Shown in pieces: positions 11,786 to 20,948 of a DNA stretch of 64,000 nt. The stretch lies in assembly GCA_963769015.1 (NCBI GenBank), contig CAVYKL010000008.1:2075429-2139428 (forward strand), read 5' to 3'. Made by a program: the position numbers and the translations under genes. How positions within the stretch are numbered: position 1 is the first letter of the stretch; each line of letters begins with the position of its first letter. The notes under the pieces were generated by a model, which searched no databases, was not told where the DNA came from, and saw only the letters and a program-made list of their open reading frames with translations. The DNA comes from an uncultured bacterium. GTDB lineage: Bacteria > Armatimonadota > Abditibacteriia > Abditibacteriales > Abditibacteriaceae.

Positions 11786-14489
11786 TTAATTGTAATCGTG
11801 TCCGCCTTCGCGCGCTAAGTTTGTAAAACGCGCGAAATCGGGCTGAAAGCCGAGGCGAATGGTGCCAATCGGCCCGTTGCGCTGCTTGCCGATAATAATT
11901 TCGGCGATGCCTTCATCGGGATCAGGTTCGGCAGACACTGGCTGCTCGCCTTTTTTATACATTTTCTGCTTGTAATAACTGGGGCGATAGATAAAGGCCA
12001 CCACATCCGCTTCAGCCTCAATCGAGCCGGATTCACGAAGGTCGGACAGAATCGGGCGCTTGTCTTCGCGCTGTTCAACGGCGCGTGATAACTGCGAAAG
12101 CGCAATGAGCGGCACTTTCAGTTCGCGCGCCATGCTTTTGAAAGCTGCGCGCGATTTCGGAAATTTCCTGCACGCGATTTTCGTTTTTGCCGGCAAAATG
12201 CGCCAGTTGCAAATAATCCACGACAATTAAACCCAGATTGCCATGTTCGGCCATCAAGCGGCGCGCTTTGGCGCGCATTTCAAAAGTGCTGGCGCCCGGC
12301 GTGTCGTCAATAAAAATCGGCGCTTGATACAAATTGTTGACCGCGTTGGTCACACGATGCCAATCGGAATCCTGCAAATAACCGCGCCGCAAATCGCGCG
12401 AGTTAATCATCGCTTCCGAGCAAATTAAACGCTGCACCAACTGTTCTTTCGACATTTCCAGCGAGAAAATCGCCACCGGCAAACGGTCATGCAGCGCAAT
12501 GTGATGCGCGATGTTCATCACAAGCGCGGTGTTGTGAACGCAAATATCCTGAGCGATAAAATTGGCGCCGTCCGGCACCGTTAAATCGTAAACCTGATGC
12601 TCGCCGATTGGTTCAATTGCAACAATTTCGTCCCAGTAAATGTCCGGCGAAGCGGCGCGCAAGCAGTTGCGCATCTTGCAAAATTTCGGCGTAGCGTTGC
12701 AAGCGCCACGATGGAATGCCGCGATTGGTGTGCGAATTGTAACCCGATTCCGTTGTTTCGCCCGCTCGCCTTGCCAGTTCAATCAGGCTCAGGCCGCGCC
12801 GCTTGCACGCGGCACGAATGATGTTCCACGTTTCGCGCGGCGCGTGTCCGGTGTTGGAAGCGCGTTTGGGAATACTGCGTGCAATCGCTTCGCGGCAGCG
12901 CGCCGCTTTCTCGCCGACCCAGCCGATTTCGATTTGATAAGTCAGAACCGAGGCCGGTTCGGTGATTTCCACGCGCCAGCAACGCTCTTTTTTGCGCCAT
13001 AATTTTGCGGTGATGCCAAAACGCAAAAGTGCGTGTTGCACATCGCGCGCAAGTTGCTGCGAAGCGACAGAAAACTCAATGCGCGGATAATCGCCGAGTT
13101 GATAAATCGTGCCGTCACAGGAAAAAAGCACGCGAAGAAATTCAGCGAGATGAGGGCGCGTCCAACTCCACACGCAGTCGGGAAGGAATTTAGCGTCCGC
13201 TTTTTTGCCCCACAAATCCAGTTCTTTCAGCCATTGCGTGACCGGATTGGGCGCCACGTTTTTAAAGCGCGGGGCGCGCTTGCCTTGACTATGCGAAATG
13301 CGCTGTGTGATGCCATCGCTATCGAGCGACATTTTGCAGTCGGGAAATTCCTGCGATAGCGCGACGGCAAAATCGGCGTTCAAAACCGCGTCAGTATTGG
13401 TAAAACGCGGCGTGCTTTGCGAAAGTCCGCCTTCGGCAATGAAATACGCCAAAAGCCGCACGCGCGCTGTTTCCCAAGAATTATCGCTGCCAAAAACTGG
13501 CACCGAGCGCGGCACCGCGATTTTATTTCCGACTTGCAAATCGTGCAGTGGCGTCCAGCCATTAACGGTTAAAAACGGATGATGGCCCGTCACTTCAACG
13601 AAACGTCCCAAGCGCGTCGTAACGCGAAAAACGGGTTTGACACCGCTATCAATCCAATCGGAAACAGCCGACGTTTGAACTTGCCCGCTCCGCGACACGT
13701 TCAGAACTGTCTCTTGCCGCGCTAAAACCATCTGCTCAATGGTTTTCACTGCGCCGTTTTGGGATCAACAAGTTTTGTATCAAATTTATTACATTTGCCC
13801 ATCGAAGGACGCGCGGCGATAATCAGCAAATCGGTGGGTTGCAGGCCCGAAGTAATTTCGTCGAGATCGTGAAAGCCGGTGGAAATGCCGGTCGCTTCGC
13901 CTTTGCGCTGAAACTGGCGTTCGATTTGGTCGTAGGCGTGCATCAAAATCGGTTTTATCGGTGAAAAACCGTCTTTCATGCGCCGCGAACCGATTTCAAA
14001 GAGGCGTTTTTCGGATTTATCAACCAATTCGTTGACATCGTCCACTTCGCCATACGTCCAACCGGCGATTTCTTCGGTGGCGCGGATAATCTGGCGCAGC
14101 GTGCTTTTTTCGCCGACGACTTTGGCGTAGGAGTCTACGTTGGCCGAACTGGGGCAGGCTTCGATAAGCGCGGTTAAATAAGCCGCGCCGCCACAATCGT
14201 CCAAGTGGTTGCGACGGCGCAGTTCTTCGACAACGGTGATAAGGTCAACCGGCTCGCCGCGATCAAAAAGCGTGAGCAGCGCGTTGAAAATCTTGCGGTG
14301 AATTTCGCGGTAAAAATCGTCGGCGTTGAGAATTTCGACCACGCGGGCGATGGCATCTCTGTCCATCAGCATGGCGCCAAGCGTGGATTGTTCGCCTTCG
14401 AGTGTTTGCGGTGTGAGTCGCTCCCGCGCGACAGGCCGATTGCTATGCGCGTCGCGTTGGGGGAAGGGAATTACAGATGCATTATTCAA
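11786..14489 (-). CDS. dnaB: Replicative DNA helicase DnaB containing an intein; the gene is interrupted by at least 3 single-base frameshifts in this assembly
   Basis: N-extein ORF 13746..14489 has the DnaB N-terminal domain through AARPSMGK followed by Cys. C-extein ORFs 12075..12782 and 11786..12226 read [13 protein letters not shown]...IVVDYLQL...[35 protein letters not shown]...[13 protein letters not shown]. The frames differ at about 13755, 12795 and 12140. Confidence 0.85.
12531..13793 (-). mobile_element. DnaB intein (~421 aa) with LAGLIDADG-type homing endonuclease domain, inserted in the Walker A P-loop (GK|C...VHN|T)
   Basis: Splice junctions are [14 protein letters not shown] (Cys1, block A) and [10 protein letters not shown] (His-Asn, then Thr+1). 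Internal blocks are [17 protein letters not shown] (block B), [11 protein letters not shown] and [11 protein letters not shown] (two LAGLIDADG motifs), and [33 protein letters not shown] (blocks F/G). Confidence 0.85.
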
Positions 14490-14769
14490 TTAACTTCCTC
14501 CTTGGAGCATTTCATAGTGTGGTGTCAGCGACGATTCAACAGCGATGCAGCGAACAGATAGAATTTAACCCGCTTTGGCCCGGTTGCAAACTCCCAGCAA
14601 AGCAAAATCGGTTTGACTTGTTTTTCGCGCGGAAGCCTTATTCTAACGCTTGGTTAAGCCCGCGCCGAGAGTCTGCACCAAAAAATTCGCTCCGCACGCT
14701 TATGAGCAATTTCAAGAAAAAGCCAGTTTTCCATAGAGTTTTCCATAGGATATTCGTTTTCATTTTCTT

Positions 14770-15086
14770 CAGTGCAAATAAAAGCCAGCCGTTTTGAGTT
14801 TTTCAGGTCGGTAACTTCAATTCATAGATTTATCGTTCTTCAGTTGTCGTAACTTTCAGCGGCCGAACCTTTGAACTCGAACCGCACTGATGCACCCATG
14901 AGAAATTCCGCAATTTCCATCAAAGACCAACTCCGTATAGCGCCCCTTTCCAATACGGTTATTGATTGGAGACGCATTGTAGTTGTAATTCAAAATCGCG
15001 CACGCCAATTCGAAGCAGCAAAACAAGGATGCAAGCAAATAAAATTTCGGTTAGCAGCGTTCTTTTCTTCACTTTTGCCTCATTCT
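14770..15086 (-). pseudogene. Decayed third copy of the small secreted-protein family (see 15087..15566 and 15571..15993)
   Basis: A 35-bp direct repeat (ttcttcagtgcaaataaaagccRgccgttttgag) at 14764-14799 and 15083-15117 duplicates the last 8 codons (KTAGFYLH*) plus 3' flank of the neighbouring gene. The interval in between holds only fragmentary, frame-broken similarity: a signal-peptide-like stretch VKKRTLLTEILFACILVLLL and the fragment TELVFDGN. Confidence 0.45.
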
Positions 15087-15566
15087 TCAGTGCAAATAAA
15101 AGCCTGCCGTTTTGAGGCGCGCTTTGTCTTTGTCGGTTTCGACAATGTTGCCTTGTGCATCAGCGTTGAAACTGAGCGTTGTCAACAACTCGCCGCCTTT
15201 ATCTTTGAAAACGAGTTTATAAACGAAAGTTTTAAAGCCGGGTTTGTTCAATTCGCCCATGTAAACCACGCGATAGCCCTGCGCCATGCGACTGCCGATT
15301 GATTCGTGAATTTGTTTGAACAAAATTTCGTCCATATGAGCGCGAAAATTAATGGTCAAGGCGCCCACGAATCGCTCGTAATCAGCGTTTTCGATGGATA
15401 AAAGCAAATTGGTCAACGAGTCTTGCACTCTAACGTCAGGCAGTTGATTTTCGATGACTTCGATTTTCGGCAACGCGGTGCGCGCGGCGCGCGGCGGTTG
15501 CGCAAAAACGCGCGCAATGACCAATAAACACAAAAACAGAGCGAACAAAACCGGCGTTTTTTTCAT
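15087..15566 (-). CDS. Small secreted protein of unknown function (159 aa), paralog A
   Basis: Signal peptide MKKTPVLFALFLCLLVIARVFAQPPR. It shares architecture and motifs (AQPPR...PKIE...GYxVVYxGEL...KLVFKDKxxELL) with the adjacent 140-aa ORF. Confidence 0.55.
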   Translation of the reverse strand: MKKTPVLFALFLCLLVIARVFAQPPRAARTALPKIEVIENQLPDVRVQDSLTNLLLSIENADYERFVGALTINFRAHMDEILFKQIHESIGSRMAQGYRVVYMGELNKPGFKTFVYKLVFKDKGGELLTTLSFNADAQGNIVETDKDKARLKTAGFYLH

Positions 15567-15570
15567 GATT

Positions 15571-15993
15571 TCAATGTATCCAGTAACCGTGAATTTTGCC
15601 GTCCTGCCAACTCATTTCGCCTAAGAGTTCCTCGACTTTATCGGCAAAAACCAACTTCCACAGATGAACGGTGTAGGCTTCTCTTTTCAGGTCGCCTAAA
15701 TAAACCACGTTGTAGCCTTTTTCCAATCGCGGCGCGCGAAGTTTCACCATTTCATCGAACCACGCTTTGGTGAGTCCGGCTTTGAATGAATCGTTGCCCA
15801 AATGGGCAAAATTGGCGAAATCATCAGCTTCTATGGCATCAAGCGAGGCGAAAATCGCCTCTTGCACCGCTTTATCCGGCAAACCACCGGGCGCCGCTTC
15901 GATTTTGGGCCTCGGATGCGGCCCGCGCGGCGGTTGCGCTAACGAAACAGAACAGAGCAGCAAGGTCAATAAGAAGAGGAAGCGGATTTTCAT
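15571..15993 (-). CDS. Small secreted protein of unknown function (140 aa), paralog B
   Basis: Signal peptide MKIRFLFLLTLLLCSVSLAQPPRG. It is a tandem paralog of 15087..15566. Confidence 0.55.
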   Translation of the reverse strand: MKIRFLFLLTLLLCSVSLAQPPRGPHPRPKIEAAPGGLPDKAVQEAIFASLDAIEADDFANFAHLGNDSFKAGLTKAWFDEMVKLRAPRLEKGYNVVYLGDLKREAYTVHLWKLVFADKVEELLGEMSWQDGKIHGYWIH

Positions 15994-16011
15994 AGCGGAA
16001 CGGTGAATTGT

Positions 16012-16974
16012 TTAATAGGGAATGCTGCGGCGTGCGCGAAAAGACTTCCCCTGTCGCACAGCCAGACAAGCATGAAAAGCGTCCCGCGAGGTGTGCGTTG
16101 GCCGCAGAACATCCACCAATAAATTGCGGCGCAAGACGGCTCGCGCGTCGAAGAACCAATAGAGACTCATTAGGGGCGAGATAAAAACCCGCTGGTTGGC
16201 ATCGTCTGGATACATATGAAAGTCACCAAATTCGCCGTGAACAGCAGGGATAATTCGTGTGCTGATGTGGCTTTTGGCGTGATTGGGTTGTTCCCATACA
16301 TAACGTGAGGCAGCCTCAAAAAGTTGAAACGCTTCCATTTGGGCCGTGAGGGCGCAACTTCCCCAGAAATTTCCCTCTTTCGCCAAAGATGCCATGTTTT
16401 GTAAGGCGTGATGATGACAAACGTTCTCTTCGACTTCAGTGCCAAAGCCCAGACAGGCTAACATTTTCACCGGAATATCCAAAGGCTCTATCGCAGCAAG
16501 CGAAATCGAGTCTTCCACTAAAGAACCGGCGCCTTCTTCATCGCCGCGCATCAGTGAATCCACGCCTCCGTCTACCAAAATGATGGCGTCAATTCCCAAA
16601 TGTTCCGCAAGCCGCGCATAGGCGCGTTCTAAGGGCACAACGCCTACTTTTGCGAGCATCCACACGGTCACATCTTCGCCGCGTGCCTCTTTAAACCACT
16701 GCGCTAAATACCCTTCCGGGAAATACCAAGGGATGCGCCCCGCGCCTCGTGCGCCCACGACAAGATCATCAAGGAGAACTTCGGGTTTGCTAATTCTATT
16801 GACCAGAGTCAGATCACAAAAAGTGTAGTTAGCCAGATGAACGGTTTTACCCAATTCCCGCAGTGTGAAATATAAAGGCAATCCACAGAAGACATCGAAG
16901 CCGCCGCCCGCTCCGGCAATAAGAATGTTCTGACTATTAGCCAATTGGTCGAGAATCGGTAGGTTGAGTTTCAT
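16012..16974 (-). CDS. Conserved hypothetical protein, probably DUF1152 family
   Basis: 320-aa ORF with N-terminal ILIAGAGGGFDVFCGLPLY, which I recall as DUF1152-like. The family assignment is from memory and has not been checked. Confidence 0.4.
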   Translation of the reverse strand: MKLNLPILDQLANSQNILIAGAGGGFDVFCGLPLYFTLRELGKTVHLANYTFCDLTLVNRISKPEVLLDDLVVGARGAGRIPWYFPEGYLAQWFKEARGEDVTVWMLAKVGVVPLERAYARLAEHLGIDAIILVDGGVDSLMRGDEEGAGSLVEDSISLAAIEPLDIPVKMLACLGFGTEVEENVCHHHALQNMASLAKEGNFWGSCALTAQMEAFQLFEAASRYVWEQPNHAKSHISTRIIPAVHGEFGDFHMYPDDANQRVFISPLMSLYWFFDARAVLRRNLLVDVLRPTHTSRDAFHACLAVRQGKSFRARRSIPY

Positions 16975-16984
16975 GGTGTCACCA

Positions 16985-17927
16985 TCAACCGCGCACTAAA
17001 TTTCCCATTTGCACCACTTCAAAATCGCGGCCTTTGATACGTTTGAGTGTGTTCAAGTCGTCATCGTTCCACAGCGGGCTGCTACTGCCGGAGACGAACC
17101 AATCGCTGCCATTATCGGCCAAAATCATCCCGTATTTTTTGAGGGCGCGCAGAATCACTTGCATCGGCGGCGAGAATTTCGAGATGTCGTAATCGGCTTT
17201 AAGGCGCACGCGCATTCCCATCGGCGGCAAGTTCGCGTCATTGCTGCGACTGGCAAAGTGGCGCGCCGGAGAAACATAAGCGCGCTGCGTTTTTTTGCAA
17301 GTGAAACGCAGCGCGTGATTGATTTCTTTGCTTTCAAAAACTTCGTCGGCGCGCACGAGGCCCGGAAAAATCGGTAAACCAGCAGCATCGGCGCTTGTCC
17401 AGCCTGCCGGACGCAAAGTGTTGCCCTTTAAATCGAAAATCGCGCCCGAACCGGCTGTCCATCGATTCTCTTTCCAACGCACCGAAAACAGTTCGTAAAG
17501 TTTCCAGTTATCGCGGTCAATCATCAAAATGTGGCGGTCGCCATTGGATTCTTTGCCGCCTTCAATCGGTGGATTCGCCGGAATCGGATAAGGCGCGTGA
17601 TCGCTTTCGTCGGCATATTCAAATTTCACAGGCACGCGCGGCTGCGCGCCAGAAACCACTATATAAGGAATGCCCCAGTTGGGATTGTTGCCCCAATCGG
17701 GATGAAACGGCTTGCCTCGCTGCCAATCGAAGCGACGTATTTGGCCGAATTTGCATCCACCGGCAGATGATCAATCGGCGTGTTCCATGCGTTGTTATCT
17801 GGAAAAGGCGCGCCAGCCATGCAAGCTCGCATTAACGCCCAAATCGGGCCTGCCTTTTTCATCCGGCGCCGCATATAAAGTCGCCGCGCCAAGGCCAACA
17901 ATGATAAGGAAAAGGAAAACACGTTTC
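16985..17927 (-). CDS. Secreted hypothetical protein (~310 aa); two frameshifts in this assembly
   Basis: ATG at 17927 with an upstream GGAG ribosome-binding site gives signal peptide MKRVFLFLIIVGLGAATLYA. The body continues across frame changes near 17820 (T-run) and 17665 into ORF 16985..17659. The region PDNNAWNTPIDHLPVDANSAKY...SGAQPRVPVKFEYAD is conserved-looking. Confidence 0.5.
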
Positions 17928-17961
17928 ATAGAATCACTCCGTCTTTGCGAGAGACAATCCG

Positions 17962-19348
17962 TTATTCCGGTTCGGCGCTGCCTTCTAAAATTAGACCGCG
18001 CGTGGCGGGAAACTTTTCATACCACAGCGCCAAGACTTCGCGCAGATGCTCGGCATAGCGAAAATGCGCGCCGGTGCCGGTGCGTAGTTCGGCTTCGTAG
18101 ATGAATTTATCGGCGGTTGTGGTGTGTTCAAACGGCAACTGCGTGCCGAGCAAAAGCCAATAAACATAAGATGGTTCGCCTCGCTTTAAGCAATTCCAAC
18201 GCGCGACTGCTGAAGCGGCGACCTAATAATTCCAACGCTTGCAACGTTTCGCGCGCGGCGCGTTCATTTTCAGGACATTGATCGAGCGCGCCGTAAAAAC
18301 CTTGCGGCACCAGCGGGCACCATTTTGTGCCGGTGCGATGACGATTTAAATCGCGGATTTCGGCGAAACCGACAGCCTGCCAACCAAAACGCACCGCTGT
18401 GCGCCGCAATTGCGCGCCCAGCCACGCATAACGATTGTCATGAAATTTTAAATCGGATGAAAAATCGCCCGCGCCTGATGGCGCAAAGACTTCCAAAAAC
18501 GCGCCGGAATTAGCTTCGGCAATATCTTCTACTTGTTCAGCTAAGTTGCGCACTTGTTCATCTTCAAGTGCCATGCCGCCGCGCATTGAATCTCTGGCGA
18601 CGGCGTGTTTGAGTAAACGCGGCGCGGCGAGTTCGAGTTCGCTGCGAATCGCTTCCCCCAAGTTTTGCGCTTCGCGGAGCGGATGCGATAAAAGATGCTG
18701 ACACAAATTGACCCAGCCGCGCGCCGACATAACCAGCATGACATTGGTCGCCACGCCAACCGGCAAAAAATTGCGGGCGCGGTCGAAACCATAATTGCGC
18801 CTCATGCGCGCCACCGCTTTGCCCGCTTTTTCGGATTCGTCTTCGAGCAGACTTTTCGGAATGCGCGCCACATTCGGTTCGCGCGCCGCGATGCCTTCCC
18901 ATACTTCGACTGCTTGTTCGTAAGCCGCAAACGCCGCGTCATTTAAGGCGCGCCATTCGTCGTGCAAGTTTTCGGGAAGGCCCAAAACCTCCGGCGCGAT
19001 GACGTTATCGGCGGCCAAGCGAATATAGCGCGTAGATGATTCCTGCCCGCCTGCCGTTGGGCACAGCGTCCACACATGATAGGCCAGCCATTGCGAAATG
19101 CCATCGATAAACATGGCGACAGGGGCCATGTCGGCAATACTTTGGTGCCCATAATCCACCATACGAAATATAGAATCAACTGATTTATCAAGATTGTTGG
19201 GGTCAATCTTCGATAGAATGGCTTGCAGACCTTCGTTATTGCGTGAATAACGCGCGCCACTGGCGGCGAGCAATTCCGGCGTCAGTGCGGGCCGTCCGGC
19301 GGCATCGGAAGCGGGCGTGGGGCGAAGGGCGACTTGAGTAACTTGCAT
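17962..19348 (-). CDS. Atypical ThyX-like (flavin-dependent thymidylate synthase fold) protein with C-terminal extension; one frameshift near 18150
   Basis: YGHQSIADMAPVAMFIDGISQWLAYH...QESSTRY and ARNFLPVGVATNVMLVMSARGWVNLCQHLLSHPLREAQNLGEAIRSE match the two conserved ThyX segments. The canonical first RHR is replaced (HVWTLCP), and a single RHR occurs later (EIRDLNRHRTG). The C-terminal tail continues in ORF 17962..18153. Confidence 0.4.
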
Positions 19349-19457
19349 AAAAGGTAATGGGTTATAGGTTAGGGATGATGGGTTTTTCTGTCTACCTCTG
19401 CCACATTTTACCTTGCAGGCACCGATAACCCATAACCACTGACCTATAACCTTAAAG

Positions 19458-20393
19458 ATGACCTCTCTTTTTCAAATTACCTATGGCGTGATTTTGCCGA
19501 TATTCCTTTTAATTGGTGTCGGTTACGGCGTGCAAAAACACGTCGGCTTCGATTTAAAATCGCTAACGCGCTTGAACTTCTGGATTTTCGTGCCCGCGTT
19601 TTTGTTTGTGCGCATTTACAGTTCGACTTTGTCGGGCGAACAACTGCTGCGCATTTTTTCGCATTTTGCGCTGCTGTTTGTTTCGCAATTTGCCTTAGTT
19701 TGGTTTTTAGCACCACTTTTTGGTGCTGGTGATCGTTTGCGCCGCGCTATGACGGCTTCGGTTTTGTTTTACAATTCCGGCAACTATGGCATTCCCGCCG
19801 CGCGATTGGCCTTTCCCAGCGGCATCGGCGAACAAGTGCAAGCGATTACGATTATGTTCCAGAACATTTCCAATTTTACGATTGGTTTGGGATTGCACGC
19901 GGGCGGGCGCGAAGACAGCAACTGGAAACACACACTCAAAGCGGTTTTTCAATTGCCGATGGTTTACACCTTAGCCGCCGCGTGGCTCTTTCGCGGCTTG
20001 CATATTCCGTTGCCGGAGGAATCACCGTTTCGCAAAGCATTGGAATGGCTCGCCGATGGTTTAGTGCCGATTGCCTTAGTCACGCTCGGCGCGCAAATGG
20101 CGAGTTTAAAATCGCATCAACTCGGTTTTCCGCTTTTTGTCACGCTGTTTTTGCGCCTCTGCATCGGCCCGCTTTTAGGTTTTGCCTTCGTGAAATTATT
20201 GAATTTTCAAGATTTAGAATTAGCGCAAGCAGTCATCGTTTCGGCCAGTTTTCCAACCGCGGTCAATTCGGCACTTTTGGCGATGGAATACGATAACGAA
20301 CCCGATTTTGCCGCCTCTGTGGTTTTTTACTCCACCTTGATGTCGGCGGTCACGGTTTCTGTTGTGATTTATTTAGTCAAACATTTTCTTTAG
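19458..20393 (+). CDS. AEC-family (auxin efflux carrier / malate permease-like) membrane transporter
   Basis: 311-aa ORF with 10 predicted TM helices. N-terminal ILPIFLLIGVGYG and C-terminal TAVNSALLA are characteristic of the family. Confidence 0.6.
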   Translation: MTSLFQITYGVILPIFLLIGVGYGVQKHVGFDLKSLTRLNFWIFVPAFLFVRIYSSTLSGEQLLRIFSHFALLFVSQFALVWFLAPLFGAGDRLRRAMTASVLFYNSGNYGIPAARLAFPSGIGEQVQAITIMFQNISNFTIGLGLHAGGREDSNWKHTLKAVFQLPMVYTLAAAWLFRGLHIPLPEESPFRKALEWLADGLVPIALVTLGAQMASLKSHQLGFPLFVTLFLRLCIGPLLGFAFVKLLNFQDLELAQAVIVSASFPTAVNSALLAMEYDNEPDFAASVVFYSTLMSAVTVSVVIYLVKHFL

Positions 20394-20404
20394 ACGCTGG
20401 ATAC

Positions 20405-20945
20405 ATGTTGCTGGATGCTGAGATAATCCTCGCATCAAGCAACCAACATCCAGCATCCAGCAACATGAATCAAACTCTGCTTGAAGCTACCATTATCATG
20501 GTCGTCGGATTTATCGGCTGCATCGCGCCGTTTTTGCCCGGCCCGCCGATTGTGTGGCTCGGCGCGCTCTATTACGGTTGGAAAACGGATTTCGCCGAAT
20601 TTGGCTGGCCGACGCTACTGTTTGATGCTCATTTTTGCGCTTATCGGCAGCACTGCCGATGTATGGCTCAGTTATTTCGGCGCCCGCAAAAGCGGCGCGT
20701 CGGTGTGGAGTTCGGTGGCCGCGACAATCGGCGGCATTATTGGACTGCTCGTTTTTAGTTTGCCCGGTTTAATAATTGGCTCGTTCGCCGCCATTGCTGC
20801 GATTGAATTTCAAATTCACAAAGACTGGAACAAAGTTCTCAAAGCCGGATTGGGCTATCTCGCGGGCTATCTGCTTTCGATGGTTGTCCAAGTTCTCGCT
20901 TGCATCGCCATCGTTATTGCTTTTGTAGTGGCGTTGCGTTTTTGA
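20405..20945 (+). CDS. DUF456-family small membrane protein; one frameshift near 20625 (T5 run)
   Basis: ORFs 20405..20758 and 20481..20945 overlap in different frames. Together they read ...MVVGFIGCIAPFLPGPPIVWLGALYYGW...LMLIFALIGSTADVWLSYFGARKSGAS...IGGIIGLLVFSLPGLIIGSFAAIAAIEF. The likely start is the ATG at 20466. Confidence 0.5.
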
Positions 20946-20948
20946 ACC

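Noticed and set aside
14700-14760. Tandem gttttccatag 11-mers upstream of dnaB, considered as DnaA boxes or oriC
   Set aside because: The motif does not match the TTATCCACA consensus. No AT-rich DNA-unwinding element or dnaA gene is nearby.
14871-15302. 143-aa plus-strand ORF between the small secreted-protein genes
   Set aside because: It overlaps the decayed paralog remnant and the 3' end of 15087..15566 on the opposite strand. It has no ribosome-binding site or motifs and is likely spurious.
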